Both the position numbers and the translations under genes were made by a program. Of a stretch of DNA of 64,000 bases, positions 39,062-50,500 are shown one piece after another. Position 1 is the first letter of the stretch. Each line of letters begins with the position of its first letter. Source of the stretch: an uncultured Dialister sp. (lineage in GTDB: Bacteria; Bacillota; Negativicutes; Veillonellales; Dialisteraceae); assembly GCA_900547785.1 (NCBI GenBank), contig URIB01000003.1:33780-97779 (forward strand). Direction: 5' to 3'. The notes beneath the pieces are model-generated. The model did no database searches and was not told where the DNA came from. It was given only the letters and a program-made list of their open reading frames with translations.

Positions 39062-39862
39062 TCAAGCGTTTCCTTCTTTACAAGGTTTTCTGTCACCTTT
39101 ATTTTTTTCATAAAGAATCAAAAGACCCTTAAGGGTGAGCATAGGATCCACGATATCAATCTGGGAAGCCGCTTTTGCAAATAAAGATGCCAGTCCGCCG
39201 GTCGCAATAACCTTGATATCGTCTCTTTTCATTTCTGTCTTTATCCGTCTGACCACTTCATCAATTTGTCCGACGAAGCCATAGTAAATCCCCGCCTGCA
39301 TGGCCGATACGGTATTTTTGCAAATCACAGACTCGGTTTTTACCAATTCTATACGCGGCAACTTGGACGCACAGCGGAAAAGCGCTTCCATGGAAATGCC
39401 GATTCCCGGTGCTACCGCACCGCCTAAATAACTGCCTTTTTCATCAATCACACAAAAAGTGGTTGCCGTTCCCATATCAATAACAATCAGCGGACAATGG
39501 TATTCCGCAATCGCTGCTACCGCATTTACAATACGATCCGCCCCCAACTCTTTCGGGTTGTCATATAAAATATTCAATCCTGTTTTTATTCCCGGTCCCA
39601 CCAAAATAGGGTTGACATGGAAATACCGTCGTGACAAAGATTCCAATATGGGAATAATAGGAGGCACAACGGTAGAGATAATTACATCTTCAATATCGGA
39701 AAATGACATCCCGTTCAGCCGGAACAAATTGGCCATCATTCCCGCATATCCGTCAGCGGTCTGCAATGTATCGGTGGCAAAACGCCAATGCCCTATCAAT
39801 TCCCTGTCATGATAAATGCCACAAACAATATTGGTATTTCCTACATCAAATGCAAGCAACAT
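39062..39862 (-). CDS. coaX: Type III pantothenate kinase
   Basis: LAFDVGNTN, ISTVVP, LGADRIVN, IDMGTATT, GGAVAPG, ATGG. Confidence 0.95.
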   Translation of the reverse strand: MLLAFDVGNTNIVCGIYHDRELIGHWRFATDTLQTADGYAGMMANLFRLNGMSFSDIEDVIISTVVPPIIPILESLSRRYFHVNPILVGPGIKTGLNILYDNPKELGADRIVNAVAAIAEYHCPLIVIDMGTATTFCVIDEKGSYLGGAVAPGIGISMEALFRCASKLPRIELVKTESVICKNTVSAMQAGIYYGFVGQIDEVVRRIKTEMKRDDIKVIATGGLASLFAKAASQIDIVDPMLTLKGLLILYEKNKGDRKPCKEGNA

Positions 39863-40044
39863 ATTTTTACGCTCCTGTCAGATAAGATTTCGGCGGAAAT
39901 AAATACTCTCTCCCAGAATATTCATTACCCTTTCTGTTTATTTTTCTCATCTTGCGTCACAAGTGTATCATGCAATAAAGAAAGATTTCTGTCAAGCAAA
40001 AAAGAAGCGGAATCATACGCTTCTTTTCATCTGAAAATATACAT

Positions 40045-40608
40045 TTATTTTATAGATAGTAATCCTGCCTGCACCAATGCGTTTCTGATTCTGGCTCCAC
40101 AAAATACACCGGCCGAAACTTTAACAAGATCAAAAATGACAAAAGGAAATACCGTCATTGTAAGTGCCACCCATAAAGGCATTTCTTTTTCCAATCCGAA
40201 GGAAAAATATCCGATAAACCAAATGGTGCCCAAAGTGTAGCAAACCAAAAGACCGGCAAGCGCTAATAAAAATTGACGGATAAAACGATCGTTGACAGCA
40301 GGCCGGACCCCGCTGAGCCATGCCATAATGATAAATCCGATATAATATCCTCCTACGGGACTCATAAATATCCCCGGTCCCGCTTTTCCCATAGTCAGTA
40401 CGGGTACACCCAAAATTCCTAAAAGCAGCCAAACAAGAATCGAAACGGCTCCCCATCTGGAACCGAGCAGTCCTCCTGCCAAAGCACATACAAAAGTCTG
40501 CAAAGTCATGGAAACCGCGCCGACAGGTATTGTAAATTGAGAAAGTACCGCCATAACCGCCGCCATGAAAGCGGCACCGACCATAGAATGGAATTTTTGT
40601 TTATCCAT
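40045..40608 (-). CDS. bioY: Biotin ECF transporter S component BioY
   Basis: SMTLQT, GILGVPV, SPVGGYYIGF, PFVIFDLVK; follows birA. Confidence 0.93.
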   Translation of the reverse strand: MDKQKFHSMVGAAFMAAVMAVLSQFTIPVGAVSMTLQTFVCALAGGLLGSRWGAVSILVWLLLGILGVPVLTMGKAGPGIFMSPVGGYYIGFIIMAWLSGVRPAVNDRFIRQFLLALAGLLVCYTLGTIWFIGYFSFGLEKEMPLWVALTMTVFPFVIFDLVKVSAGVFCGARIRNALVQAGLLSIK

Positions 40609-40617
40609 TTGCTTTTC

Positions 40618-41607
40618 CTATCTTTCCGGAATGGGAGCATCTACCGGCCGGATAGATACATCTCCCGCCATGACACGCCGGATTCCTTTTTCCGTTTCCA
40701 CCAAAAGACAGCCGTCCCGGTCAATATCCACTGCCTTTCCTATATAATTCTCATTTCCGAAAATAACACGAACATCTTTGCCTAACGTCACCGATAATTT
40801 CCGCCAGTCTTCCAATACCCGATCAAATCCTTCTTCCTGTGCTACTTTATACTCCGCTTCCAATTCTGCAAGAACTGCGGCGAGCAACTCTTTTCTTGAT
40901 ACATGTATCCCTTCATTCAGAAATGATGTCGCACTTTCCCTAAACTCTTCAGGAAATTCGCTTTTCTTCATCCCCGTATTAATACCGATTCCCATAATGA
41001 TATAATCAATTTTTTCCATCGAAGCAGACATTTCGCAAAGCATTCCTACCAATTTTTTGTCTCCGCACAATATGTCATTCGGCCACTTAATGCCCGCTTC
41101 TTCAAGTCCCAACCGGCGGATGCCCCGGCAGACACCCACTGCCGCCAAAAGCGTGCATTTAGAAGCTTCCATAGGAAAAAATTTCGGCCGCAAAATGAGA
41201 GAAAACCAGATTCCTTTGGCAAAAGGGGAATAAAATCCTCTTGTCAATCGCCCTTTCCCCATCGTCTGCTCTTCCGTTACAACGACGGTTCCTTCTTCCG
41301 CGCCCTTCCGTGCAGCTTTTTTCGCTTCTTCGTTAGTAGAAGAGGTCATTTCAAAATATACAACATTCCTGCCAAAAGACTCTGTATGCAAAACCCCTTC
41401 AATTTCAAGAGGCGTCAATAAATCAGGTGCATAAATCAGGCGGTATCCTTTTCTTGTACTCGACTCAAAAATATACCCCCGCTCCTTAAGTACATTGATA
41501 TGTTTCCAAATGGCGGTACGTGACACATGGAGATCTTTTGAAATTTCTTCTCCCGATACATAGTTGCCGCCGGCTTTACGAAAATATTCCAGTATTTCAT
41601 TCCTCAT
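40618..41607 (-). CDS. birA: Bifunctional biotin ligase / repressor
   Basis: N-terminal wHTH (VSGEEIS..LHVSRTAIWKHI), STN, QTMGKGR, KWPND. Confidence 0.96.
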   Translation of the reverse strand: MRNEILEYFRKAGGNYVSGEEISKDLHVSRTAIWKHINVLKERGYIFESSTRKGYRLIYAPDLLTPLEIEGVLHTESFGRNVVYFEMTSSTNEEAKKAARKGAEEGTVVVTEEQTMGKGRLTRGFYSPFAKGIWFSLILRPKFFPMEASKCTLLAAVGVCRGIRRLGLEEAGIKWPNDILCGDKKLVGMLCEMSASMEKIDYIIMGIGINTGMKKSEFPEEFRESATSFLNEGIHVSRKELLAAVLAELEAEYKVAQEEGFDRVLEDWRKLSVTLGKDVRVIFGNENYIGKAVDIDRDGCLLVETEKGIRRVMAGDVSIRPVDAPIPER

Positions 41608-41643
41608 TATCTTTTCTCCTTCCCTGCTTCCCGATTTTTCTTC

Positions 41644-41698
41644 ATTATAATTTTCAAATATTTTTTAGTCAACCAAAATAAAATGTAAAATTAACATT
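41644..41698 (-). promoter_or_regulatory. birA-bioY promoter with overlapping BirA operator
   Basis: TTGACT-17-TATAAT (41644-41672); operator-like AATGTTAAT-N16-GTTGACTAA overlapping the -35. Confidence 0.7.
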
Positions 41699-41750
41699 AT
41701 TTGGCGTACATAAAAAGCCGGTCATCCGCATAAACGGAACCGGCTATCTT

Positions 41751-43058
41751 TTATTGTTCAATAAATTTTTCAAGAGCAAGCAATGCTCTTTCCGCCAATC
41801 TTTGATTTTTCTCTTTTTTAGGCACTCTCGTTTCTAAAGGAGGCATCAGTCCAAAGTTAATATTCATCGGTTGGAAATTTTTCCCTTCATAATGCGAAAT
41901 ATAATGACATAATGCCCCCATCGCACATTCTCTCGGAAAAGCTTCGGGTTCTTTCTCTTGAAATCTTTTCGATGCCGATAAGGCCGCCACAATTCCTGAT
42001 GCCGCCGACTCGACATAACCTTCCACTCCAGTCATTTGTCCTGCAAAAAACAGACCTTTCCTTTTTCTGGCTTCCATCGTCGCATTTAATAGGTGAGGGG
42101 AATCAATGTATGTATTTCTGTGCATCACGCCGTACCGGATAAATTCCGCATTTTTCAACCCCGGAATCATCCCGAAAACTCTTTTTTGCTCGCCCCACTT
42201 CAAATGTGTCTGAAATCCGACAAGATTGTACATCGTATCTTCTTCGTTATCCTGACGAAGCTGTACCACTGCATAAGGCTCTTTACCCGTCCGGGGATCG
42301 GGCAGTCCTACCGGTTTCATCGGTCCGAAACGCATCGTATCTTCTCCACGGGACGCCATGACTTCTATCGGCATGCACCCTTCAAAGACGTTTCCTTTTT
42401 CAAACCCGTGTATCTCCGCCACCTCTGCTGTCCTGAGCGCCTCATAAAAGACTTTATACTCTCTCTCATTCATCGGACAATTCAGATAAGCCGCCTCTCC
42501 TTTGTTATACCTAGACATACGGTAAACGATATCCGTGTCTAACGATTCTTTTGTGACAATCGGCGCGGCGGCATCATAAAAATGAAAGCCTTCCGCTCCG
42601 CAAAATTTTTCAATCGCTTCTGCCAGCTTCCCATCCGTAAGCGGACCTGTTGCCATGATAACAATTCCCTCTTCAGGAATGTCTTCCACCTCTTCTGATA
42701 CGAATTCCACCAAAGGATGATTTTTTACTTTCTCCGTCACCGCCCGGGCAAAGCCTTCACGATCCACCGCCAACGCTCCTCCGGCCGGTACACTGTGCGT
42801 ATCGGCACAACTCATAATGACTGATCTGAGACGGCGCATTTCTTCCTTTAAAAGACCGACAGCATTTGTTAATGCCGCAGCCCGCAGAGAATTACTGCAT
42901 ACGAGCTCTGCAAAATACTCCGTATGATGTGCCGGCGTTTGTTTACCCGGACGCATTTCCATCAAACGAACAGGTATCTGTCTTTCCGCCAATTGCCAGG
43001 CCGCTTCGCTTCCCGCCAGCCCGGCTCCTATGACTGTTACTTTATCAGTCAATTTCAT
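41751..43058 (-). CDS. trmFO: Methylenetetrahydrofolate--tRNA (uracil-5-)-methyltransferase
   Basis: [45 protein letters not shown]. Confidence 0.96.
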   Translation of the reverse strand: MKLTDKVTVIGAGLAGSEAAWQLAERQIPVRLMEMRPGKQTPAHHTEYFAELVCSNSLRAAALTNAVGLLKEEMRRLRSVIMSCADTHSVPAGGALAVDREGFARAVTEKVKNHPLVEFVSEEVEDIPEEGIVIMATGPLTDGKLAEAIEKFCGAEGFHFYDAAAPIVTKESLDTDIVYRMSRYNKGEAAYLNCPMNEREYKVFYEALRTAEVAEIHGFEKGNVFEGCMPIEVMASRGEDTMRFGPMKPVGLPDPRTGKEPYAVVQLRQDNEEDTMYNLVGFQTHLKWGEQKRVFGMIPGLKNAEFIRYGVMHRNTYIDSPHLLNATMEARKRKGLFFAGQMTGVEGYVESAASGIVAALSASKRFQEKEPEAFPRECAMGALCHYISHYEGKNFQPMNINFGLMPPLETRVPKKEKNQRLAERALLALEKFIEQ

Positions 43059-45424
43059 TCTCCTGCTTTCTTTTTTGTTCTTTTAGCAATCGGTTTTTCT
43101 GCATCTCCGGCATCTTTCTTCTTTTTCTTCGGATGAGTCGGACATTCCGGATTGGAACAAAGGATTTTTTCTCCTTGATTTTTATAAGTTTTTTTCACCA
43201 TGATGGCGCCGCAGGTTTCGCAGAACCGATCCACCGGTTCATCCCAAAGTGCCATGTCGCATTGAGGATACCGGTTACATCCGTAAAAATAACGACCTCT
43301 TCTGGAACGTCTTCGTACCAGATGTCCGTCATGACACTTCGGACATACAATGCCTGTATCAACAACAATCGCTTTATTGGCTCCGCAGCCCGGGCATTTC
43401 AAGTATCTTCCGTACGGTCCCTGACGATAAATCATTTTTTCTCCGCACGCATCACAAGGAATATCCGAAACTTCCTCTTTTCCGTCGCCATTGCCATAAG
43501 GCTTTGTATTTTTACATTCCGGAAAATTCGGACAAGCCAGGTATTTCCCATACCGGCTCATTTTTACAATCATGGGTGCTCCGCATTTTTCGCAAAGCAC
43601 ATCGGATACTTCCTGATTTTCTTCCTTTGCTCTTGCCGCCACTACATTCGCTTCATTCAATTCTTTTTCAAAGACATCCCAAAATTCACGAATCGCTTTC
43701 TCATAGGTAGCCTTACCGTCTGCAATTTTATCCAGCCATGTTTCCAATTCAGCGGTAAATCCGACATTAATAATCCCTGAAAAATATTGTTTTAAGAGGT
43801 TCGTTACTTTGAATCCCAGCTCTGTAGGTACAAATTGTTTTCCCTCTTTGTCCACATAGTTTCGCTTCCGGATCGTATCCAAAATCGGTGCATAGGTAGA
43901 CGGACGGCCGATTCCTTTTTCTTCCAGCGTTTTAATCAAGCTCGCTTCGGTGTATCTGGGCGGAGGCGTTGTAAAATGCTGTTCTCCTTCCATTTTCGTA
44001 TTCATGACGGAATCCCCTTTATGCAAGGGCGGCAACAGGGCCATATCTTCATTTTCCTGCTTTTTCTCTTTGGCCGGCTGCAAAACGGTGAATCCGTCAA
44101 AAAGAATAATGCTTCCTGATGCGCGGAGTGTGTACTCTCCATTTTGCAAGGTTGCGGTGGTCGCCTGTGAAATCTGGGGCGCCATCTGGCTGGCAACAAA
44201 ACGATTCCATATGAGCGTGTATAAACGAAGTTGGTCTCTCGATAAAATCGCTCTTAAAGTGTCCGGCGGAAATTCCAAGCTGGTGGGACGGATGGCTTCA
44301 TGGGCATCCTGGGCCTCTTTTTTCTTTGAATATACATTCGGCTTTGACGGCAGATACTCTTCTCCGTAAACGCTCATAATATACGGACGGACTTGCTCTA
44401 TCATTTCTTCAGAAATCCTGGTGGAATCTGTACGCATATAAGTAATAAGCCCTATATGTCCATGTCCGGGAATTTCTACACCTTCATATAGCATCTGGGC
44501 AAGCATCATTGTTTTTTTAGAACCGAAACTCAAACGGTTGACCGCATCCTGCTGCATCGTAGAGGTCGTATACGGCGGTTTGGCTTTTCTCTGCTTTTTT
44601 GATTTTGCCACAGAGATAATATCGGCCGGCTGTTTTAAAAGAGCTTGCACTACCTGATCCGTTTCTTCTTTTGTATGCAGGACGGCTTCCTTGCCTCCGA
44701 TTTGAACCAGTTTCGCTTTAAAATTTTCTTTCTCTTTTGTTCTAAAAATTCCCTCGACAGTCCAATATTCTACAGGGGTGAATGCACGGATTTCTTCTTC
44801 TCTTTCGCAAATCAGCCTGGTTGCCACCGACTGCACACGACCTGCAGATAATCCGCGGTAAATTTGTTTCCACAGCCATGGTGATAATTTATACCCGACC
44901 ATACGATCAAGTACCCGCCGTGCCTGCTGGGCATCGACCATAGACATGTCTACCGGTCCGGGATGTTTCACTGCTTCTTTAATTACCGGCGGAGTAATTT
45001 CATGAAAGGCGATACGAACGTTATCATCAGGATTCACATCCAGAAGTTTTGACAAGTGCCATGAGATTGCTTCTCCCTCACGATCAGGGTCCGTTGCGAG
45101 AAGAATATCCTTGGAGCGGTTCGCTTCCTTTTGTAAATTTTTAATCACATCCGCCCGTTTTACCGAATTGACATATTCAGGAGCAAAATGATTGGAAATA
45201 TCGACGCCAAAAGTTTTTTCCGGAAGATCTCTCAAATGCCCCATCGAAGCAAGCACCTTATAATTAGTGCCTAAAAACCTTTCAATGGTTTTGGCTTTAG
45301 CCGGTGATTCCACAATCACTAACGTCTTTCCGTCAGCATTTCTCTTTCTCTTAAAAACCGGTTCTTTTTTTGCCGAAATCTTCCTCTTTTTATCTCCGAT
45401 TGTTATTGTTCTTGTAATTGCCAC
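43055..45424 (-). CDS. topA: DNA topoisomerase I
   Basis: [44 protein letters not shown], four C-terminal Zn ribbons. Confidence 0.97.
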   Translation of the reverse strand: MAITRTITIGDKKRKISAKKEPVFKRKRNADGKTLVIVESPAKAKTIERFLGTNYKVLASMGHLRDLPEKTFGVDISNHFAPEYVNSVKRADVIKNLQKEANRSKDILLATDPDREGEAISWHLSKLLDVNPDDNVRIAFHEITPPVIKEAVKHPGPVDMSMVDAQQARRVLDRMVGYKLSPWLWKQIYRGLSAGRVQSVATRLICEREEEIRAFTPVEYWTVEGIFRTKEKENFKAKLVQIGGKEAVLHTKEETDQVVQALLKQPADIISVAKSKKQRKAKPPYTTSTMQQDAVNRLSFGSKKTMMLAQMLYEGVEIPGHGHIGLITYMRTDSTRISEEMIEQVRPYIMSVYGEEYLPSKPNVYSKKKEAQDAHEAIRPTSLEFPPDTLRAILSRDQLRLYTLIWNRFVASQMAPQISQATTATLQNGEYTLRASGSIILFDGFTVLQPAKEKKQENEDMALLPPLHKGDSVMNTKMEGEQHFTTPPPRYTEASLIKTLEEKGIGRPSTYAPILDTIRKRNYVDKEGKQFVPTELGFKVTNLLKQYFSGIINVGFTAELETWLDKIADGKATYEKAIREFWDVFEKELNEANVVAARAKEENQEVSDVLCEKCGAPMIVKMSRYGKYLACPNFPECKNTKPYGNGDGKEEVSDIPCDACGEKMIYRQGPYGRYLKCPGCGANKAIVVDTGIVCPKCHDGHLVRRRSRRGRYFYGCNRYPQCDMALWDEPVDRFCETCGAIMVKKTYKNQGEKILCSNPECPTHPKKKKKDAGDAEKPIAKRTKKKAGE

Positions 45425-45461
45425 AGTTTCCTCCAGATATTTGCACTCCCCAATCCCGCCA

Positions 45462-46547
45462 CTACTTTCCGGTCATAACAAAGCGGCCGGGACCTGTTTC
45501 CTTAATATACCCCTTAAGCTGGAGTTGAAGAAGCAATGTGGAAATTTTTGCAACCGCCATCCCTGACTGCACTAAAATTTCTTCCGTCGTTACTTCATCC
45601 CCTATACAGCAAAAACGATACACCACTTCCTCTTCCAGTGTCAACTCCTGATAAGTGGATTCCTTTGCCGTGGTCTCTTCGGAAAGCCAGTTATACTCGG
45701 AAAGTATATCTTTGGCAGATGTACAGCAGAACGCTCCGTTCCTGATCAACTGATTCGTTCCTTTGCTTGAGGGCAGCCATATATTCCCCGGAACGGCAAA
45801 TACATCACGCCCTTCTTCCAATGCAAAGTCGGACGTGATGAGTGCGCCGCTCCGTTCTGCCGCTTCCACAACTAAAATACTGCGGCTCATGCCTGCAATG
45901 ATTCTGTTTCTGGCAGGAAATTGTCTTCCCAGTGGCGGCGTACCGGGCGGATATTCGGAAATCAGAGTGCCTCCTGTGCAAATGACCTTTTGGAATAAAT
46001 TTTTATTTTCAGGCGGGTATACCTTATCAAGTCCGCAAGCAAGCACAACGACAGTAGGAGTTTGTCCTGCCAGAGCCCCTTCATGAGAAGCGCTGTCAAT
46101 TCCTCTTGCCCCACCGGAAACGACCGTCACTCCCGCTTTTGCAAGATCCCGGGAAATACGGCTTGCCGTTTCTGTTCCATAAGGCGTTGCCTTTCTCATT
46201 CCGACAACTGCTATTGTCTTCTCCCATACCGGCGGCTGTCCTTTATAAAATAAAACAGCTGGAGGATTTGATGTTTCCGACAACAGCGGGGGATAGTTTT
46301 CATCTTCCCAGGTACAGCAGCGGATCTCCAGCCTATATAAATTTTCTTCTATTTCTTCAGGTGATGTCTTGGCACGATAAGATAAAAAAGAACTTTCCGC
46401 TTTCGGAGAAAGCAGGTGTGCCTTTCGTATCATTTCATCCGATGCTTTCCACACCTCTTCCGCACTTCCGAATGCAGAAATCAGACTTCGTATGGATTTG
46501 GCTCCCAGTCCTGGGCAGCCAGGCAACGATGCTGCATATATATCCAT
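45462..46547 (-). CDS. dprA: DNA-processing protein DprA
   Basis: AVVGMR, VSGGARGID, FPARNRIIAG, VVEAAERSGALIT, GRDVFAVPG. Confidence 0.96.
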   Translation of the reverse strand: MDIYAASLPGCPGLGAKSIRSLISAFGSAEEVWKASDEMIRKAHLLSPKAESSFLSYRAKTSPEEIEENLYRLEIRCCTWEDENYPPLLSETSNPPAVLFYKGQPPVWEKTIAVVGMRKATPYGTETASRISRDLAKAGVTVVSGGARGIDSASHEGALAGQTPTVVVLACGLDKVYPPENKNLFQKVICTGGTLISEYPPGTPPLGRQFPARNRIIAGMSRSILVVEAAERSGALITSDFALEEGRDVFAVPGNIWLPSSKGTNQLIRNGAFCCTSAKDILSEYNWLSEETTAKESTYQELTLEEEVVYRFCCIGDEVTTEEILVQSGMAVAKISTLLLQLQLKGYIKETGPGRFVMTGK

Positions 46548-46549
46548 AT

Positions 46550-48064
46550 CTACCTCCCTGAAAGATTTCCTCTATAGCTGAGTGCCTCCGCCACATGTTC
46601 CGGCTGTATGTCCAAACTCCCCTGCAAGTCGGCAACGGTTCTTGCCACTTTGATAATCCGATCATAACTCCTGGCAGATAAATGAAGCTTATCAAAAACT
46701 TCTCTTAGCAAATCAGAACTTTCTTTATCTAAAGAACAAGTTTCTTTCAGCTGACGATGCCCCATTTGTGCGTTATTTTGCATATGCCATTTCTTCAGCC
46801 GCTCGGATTGTATTTTCCTTGCTTCTGAAACCCGCAAGGCTATTGTTTCCGACGCCTCTCCCTTGATTGTCGCCGTCATTTCACTGTACTTGGGCCTCAT
46901 CACCGCCACATGTAAATCGATTCTGTCCAGAAGCGGTCCTGAAATTTTCCGTTTGTACCCCCGTATCTCTCCATCGCTGCATGTACATGGCTGAGCAGGA
47001 TCTCCCAGATATCCACAGGGACAGGGATTCATCGCCGCAATAAGCACAAAATCGGCAGGATATACAAAAGAGGCATTCACCCGTGATATATGTACTTTTC
47101 TATCTTCCAGGGGCTGCCGCAAAACTTCAAGAACGCTCCGCGGAAATTCAGGCAATTCATCCAGAAAGAGCACTCCGTTATGTGCCAGTGTCACCTCGCC
47201 CGGCTTGGGAACAGATCCGCCGCCAATTAAGCCCGCCATGGAAATCGTATGATGGGGACTGCGAAACGGTCTTTCTTTCATAATATCTTCCACCTTAAAT
47301 AAGCCCGCCACGGAATAAATTTTTGTTACTTCCAGTGCTTCCTCTCTTGTCATTGGCGGAAGAATCGTGGTAATCCGCCGTGCCAACATCGTTTTTCCTG
47401 ATCCTGGCGGCCCTGTCATAAGTACATTGTGAGCACCGGCCGCTGAAATTTCCATCGCCCGCTTTGCCATAATCTGTCCCTGCACTTCCGCAAAATCTAC
47501 ATTACTTATGACTCGCTCCGTATCTTCTTTTCGTCTTGCCGGCTCCAATGTTTCATGTCCTAGTAAATATTCCACCAGCTCACTCAAATTTCTTACGCCG
47601 TAAACTTTTACATTTTCACATAGGAGAGCCTCTCCTGACACCTCAGGACTCATGAAAAATGTATGGATGCCTGCTTCCTGTCCGGCCAGCACCATCGAAA
47701 GAATCCCGGGAACAGCCCGAATCTCTCCTTTCAAAGAAAGCTCCCCGATAAACATGACCCGGTTCAAAACATCCTGTGAAATCAACCCGCTTGCCGCCAA
47801 AAGTCCTACAGCAATCGGCAAGTCAAGTCCCGATCCGTCCTTTTTCAGATCCGCCGGCGCCAAATTGACTGTGACTTTGTCTACAGGAAAAGCGTATCCG
47901 GAATTCCGTATCGCCGACTGAACTCGTTCCTTGGATTCCTTCACCGCCACTGCCGGAAGTCCTACGATGTCAAAAGACGGGACAGCCCGGCTGATATCCA
48001 CTTCTACCGTAATGACATGCCCATTCAGTCCGAACGTACAAGTTCCATACACCTGTGCAAACAT
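46550..48064 (-). CDS. comM: ComM/YifB Mg-chelatase-like ATPase
   Basis: VNLAPADLKKDG, GPPGSGKTMLAR, RSPHHT, LFLDELPEF, AMNPCPCG, LSARSY. Confidence 0.94.
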   Translation of the reverse strand: MFAQVYGTCTFGLNGHVITVEVDISRAVPSFDIVGLPAVAVKESKERVQSAIRNSGYAFPVDKVTVNLAPADLKKDGSGLDLPIAVGLLAASGLISQDVLNRVMFIGELSLKGEIRAVPGILSMVLAGQEAGIHTFFMSPEVSGEALLCENVKVYGVRNLSELVEYLLGHETLEPARRKEDTERVISNVDFAEVQGQIMAKRAMEISAAGAHNVLMTGPPGSGKTMLARRITTILPPMTREEALEVTKIYSVAGLFKVEDIMKERPFRSPHHTISMAGLIGGGSVPKPGEVTLAHNGVLFLDELPEFPRSVLEVLRQPLEDRKVHISRVNASFVYPADFVLIAAMNPCPCGYLGDPAQPCTCSDGEIRGYKRKISGPLLDRIDLHVAVMRPKYSEMTATIKGEASETIALRVSEARKIQSERLKKWHMQNNAQMGHRQLKETCSLDKESSDLLREVFDKLHLSARSYDRIIKVARTVADLQGSLDIQPEHVAEALSYRGNLSGR

Positions 48065-48073
48065 GTTTTCCTC

Positions 48074-48427
48074 CTAAAATGCATTCTTGACATGACGGAC
48101 CTTTTTCTCTCTTCCGCTTTCCATCATGACCTCCACCACATCAAAACGGATCCGTTTATTTTCAATTCCCTGTGATAAAAGAAATAAACGGGCTGTATAA
48201 CGAATATGCCGTTGCTTATACTTTGTCACCGCTTCTATCGGTTCACCATATCTTCTGTTTCTTCTGGTTTTTACTTCCACAAAAACAATTGTTCCGCCGT
48301 CTTGCATAATAAGATCAATTTCTCCATGCGCGGAACGGAAATTCCGGACGATACACTTCATGCCTTTATTTTCAAGATAAGTGCATGCATAAATCTCTCC
48401 GCCCCGCCCCAACTCCGTGGTCATCAT
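48074..48427 (-). CDS. yraN: YraN family nuclease
   Basis: LG..GE..A, RNFR...GEIDLI, VFVEVKTR, RFDVV. Confidence 0.93.
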   Translation of the reverse strand: MMTTELGRGGEIYACTYLENKGMKCIVRNFRSAHGEIDLIMQDGGTIVFVEVKTRRNRRYGEPIEAVTKYKQRHIRYTARLFLLSQGIENKRIRFDVVEVMMESGREKKVRHVKNAF

Positions 48428-48671
48428 CTTATTTCTCCATAGAAAATTATTTTCAAACGCACATTATATTATAGAATAATTATATAATTATGATATGTAT
48501 ATTTCAATGCAAACCGAAATTGATAAAACGTGGAATCCACACAAGGTATCCACATTTTTATTGAACCATTCCATTTCGTCCATGCTTCTATAGAAAGCCG
48601 GATTACACATCGAAATATGATAAAACAAAAAAGCCTGCAGACCAACTATGAGTCTATAGGCTTTTAATTTC

Positions 48672-48747
48672 TGGAGCCGACAACAGGATTTGAACCTGCG
48701 ACCTACGCATTACGAATGCGCCGCTCTACCAGCTGAGCTATATCGGC
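48672..48747 (-). tRNA. tRNA-Thr(CGU)
   Basis: GCCGAUA acceptor, anticodon arm GCGCA-UU-CGU-AA-UGCGU, encoded CCA; promoter TTGACA-17-TAGAAT at 48760-48788; terminator-like hairpin downstream. Confidence 0.95.
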
Positions 48748-48983
48748 ATCAATACATTTATTCTACTTAGATTACCCGGTTTTGTCAATACTGATTTTTT
48801 CTTGCTTACCATAAATACGGGATATTATAAGAAATATTTCATAATTACGAGAATTTTTTACTTTGAAAAATAATCCATGTCGCTTTTAATTTTTTCCATG
48901 CCATCATCAGCTATGAAAAAGTACAGTGAACATGATAAAATGTTAAAAAATAATAAATTATCCCGAACAGAAAGGCTGAAATA

Positions 48984-50297
48984 ATGTTATCTGCAATAAA
49001 GTTATGGTTTATTAATGAAAAAAATCTTTTGAAGATGTCGAAGTTTATTATTTTGACGATATCTCTTCTTTTAATTACATGGATTTTCGATCATCAATAC
49101 CCCTATCTGAAAGTCTACATCCCCAAACAACTCCTGTTATCGGTGGAAGTGTCCGTCAACTTTCTTTCGAATATATCGGGTGTTTTTTTGACAATAAGTA
49201 TCTTTTGTTTTACTACCATTGTCACCGTACTGAATAAATACAGCAGCAGTATATCACCAAGGATGCTTCAAAGTTTTATAGACAAGACGGGCGTTCTAAG
49301 CTTGTACGGTATATTTGTGAGTGGATTTTTTTATTCAGTAATCAGCATCCTACTTCTCCAGGATCTTAATTCGGACCAAAATGTAATTGCAGGAAGTTTC
49401 GGGATTGCTTACTCGATCATCACTATGATTGGATTTATCATTTTTTCTAAACAAGTTCTTGAGAACATTAAAATCTCAAACATTATCGAGGAAGTATACA
49501 ATGAATGCGAAAAACTTATCAATGACGAAGTTGAGCTTAGAACAAAGGCTGAGCGTTACAAAGATGATAAGATGGCAATAAAAATACCTATTGTAGCAGA
49601 AAAAACAGGTTATTTTTTCAAAATTAAATCAGATGATATACTTAAAGAACTTGATGGCATAAAAGCAGAGCTGACCATCACAAAAAAAATTGGCGAATAC
49701 ACTACTAAAGATGAATCCCTGGGAGATTTGAAGATTTTTAGCGGTAAAAAACTAAGTAACGAGCAAAAAGAAGTTTTAAGGGAAAAAATAACTCAACTCC
49801 TTGTAATCAATATTTTCAACAACAGCGAAGAAGACTACCACCGTGGGCTTATCTATCTTACAGAGATTGCAAACATGGCTCTGAGTCCGGGACTCAATGA
49901 CCCTAATACCGCCATTACGTGCATAAATAAAATTTCATCTCTATTGGGTAAACTATTATCCACCTCTAATCAGTTCATTATACTTAAAGAGGACAAAGAT
50001 ACAAAAATAATCTATCAGAGTTATTCTGTGGAAGATGAATTATATCTTGTTTTCAGCCAGATTATCTCCTACTCAGGTGGTGACCCATTGGTGACCAAAG
50101 CAATTTTGCATGGAATTTATATGATTTATATGATGGCAGGCATGGGTGCCAAGGCAAGTGTAAAAAATTATTTTGATTCTTCTTACGATCTTCTCACGGC
50201 TAACTTCAGTCATGAAGTCCACTTAAGCAAGTTCAAATTGATTAAAAAGAATATTGAAGAACATATTAGTCTTAAAGAGGAGAATGATTTAAAATAA
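48984..50297 (+). CDS. DUF2254-family membrane protein
   Basis: Four N-terminal TM segments, YSSSISPRML, EIANMALSPGLNDPNTA. Confidence 0.85.
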   Translation: MLSAIKLWFINEKNLLKMSKFIILTISLLLITWIFDHQYPYLKVYIPKQLLLSVEVSVNFLSNISGVFLTISIFCFTTIVTVLNKYSSSISPRMLQSFIDKTGVLSLYGIFVSGFFYSVISILLLQDLNSDQNVIAGSFGIAYSIITMIGFIIFSKQVLENIKISNIIEEVYNECEKLINDEVELRTKAERYKDDKMAIKIPIVAEKTGYFFKIKSDDILKELDGIKAELTITKKIGEYTTKDESLGDLKIFSGKKLSNEQKEVLREKITQLLVINIFNNSEEDYHRGLIYLTEIANMALSPGLNDPNTAITCINKISSLLGKLLSTSNQFIILKEDKDTKIIYQSYSVEDELYLVFSQIISYSGGDPLVTKAILHGIYMIYMMAGMGAKASVKNYFDSSYDLLTANFSHEVHLSKFKLIKKNIEEHISLKEENDLK

Positions 50298-50335
50298 AAA
50301 ATGAGATTAGCTCCAGCCAAAAATGACTCAGTGAT

Positions 50336-50370
50336 AAAAAAGACATCGCCTTTTAGCAGATGTCTTTTTT
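50336..50370. terminator. Bidirectional terminator
   Basis: AAAAAAGACATC...GATGTCTTTTTT between convergent genes. Confidence 0.75.
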
Positions 50371-50500
50371 ATCCTCGAAATTATGTGTGAGATATTGGGA
50401 AAACGTATATAAAAAATAATAAAATTTTTATATCTTAACTATGAATTGAACTCAATCAAAAAGCGCCATGATATAAAAAATTGTCCGGTCTTGTCAATAT

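Noticed and set aside
39877..39924. Short upstream ORF (MNILGESIYFRRNLI) in the coaX leader
   Set aside because: The SD-like sequence is too close to the ATG and there is no attenuator hairpin.
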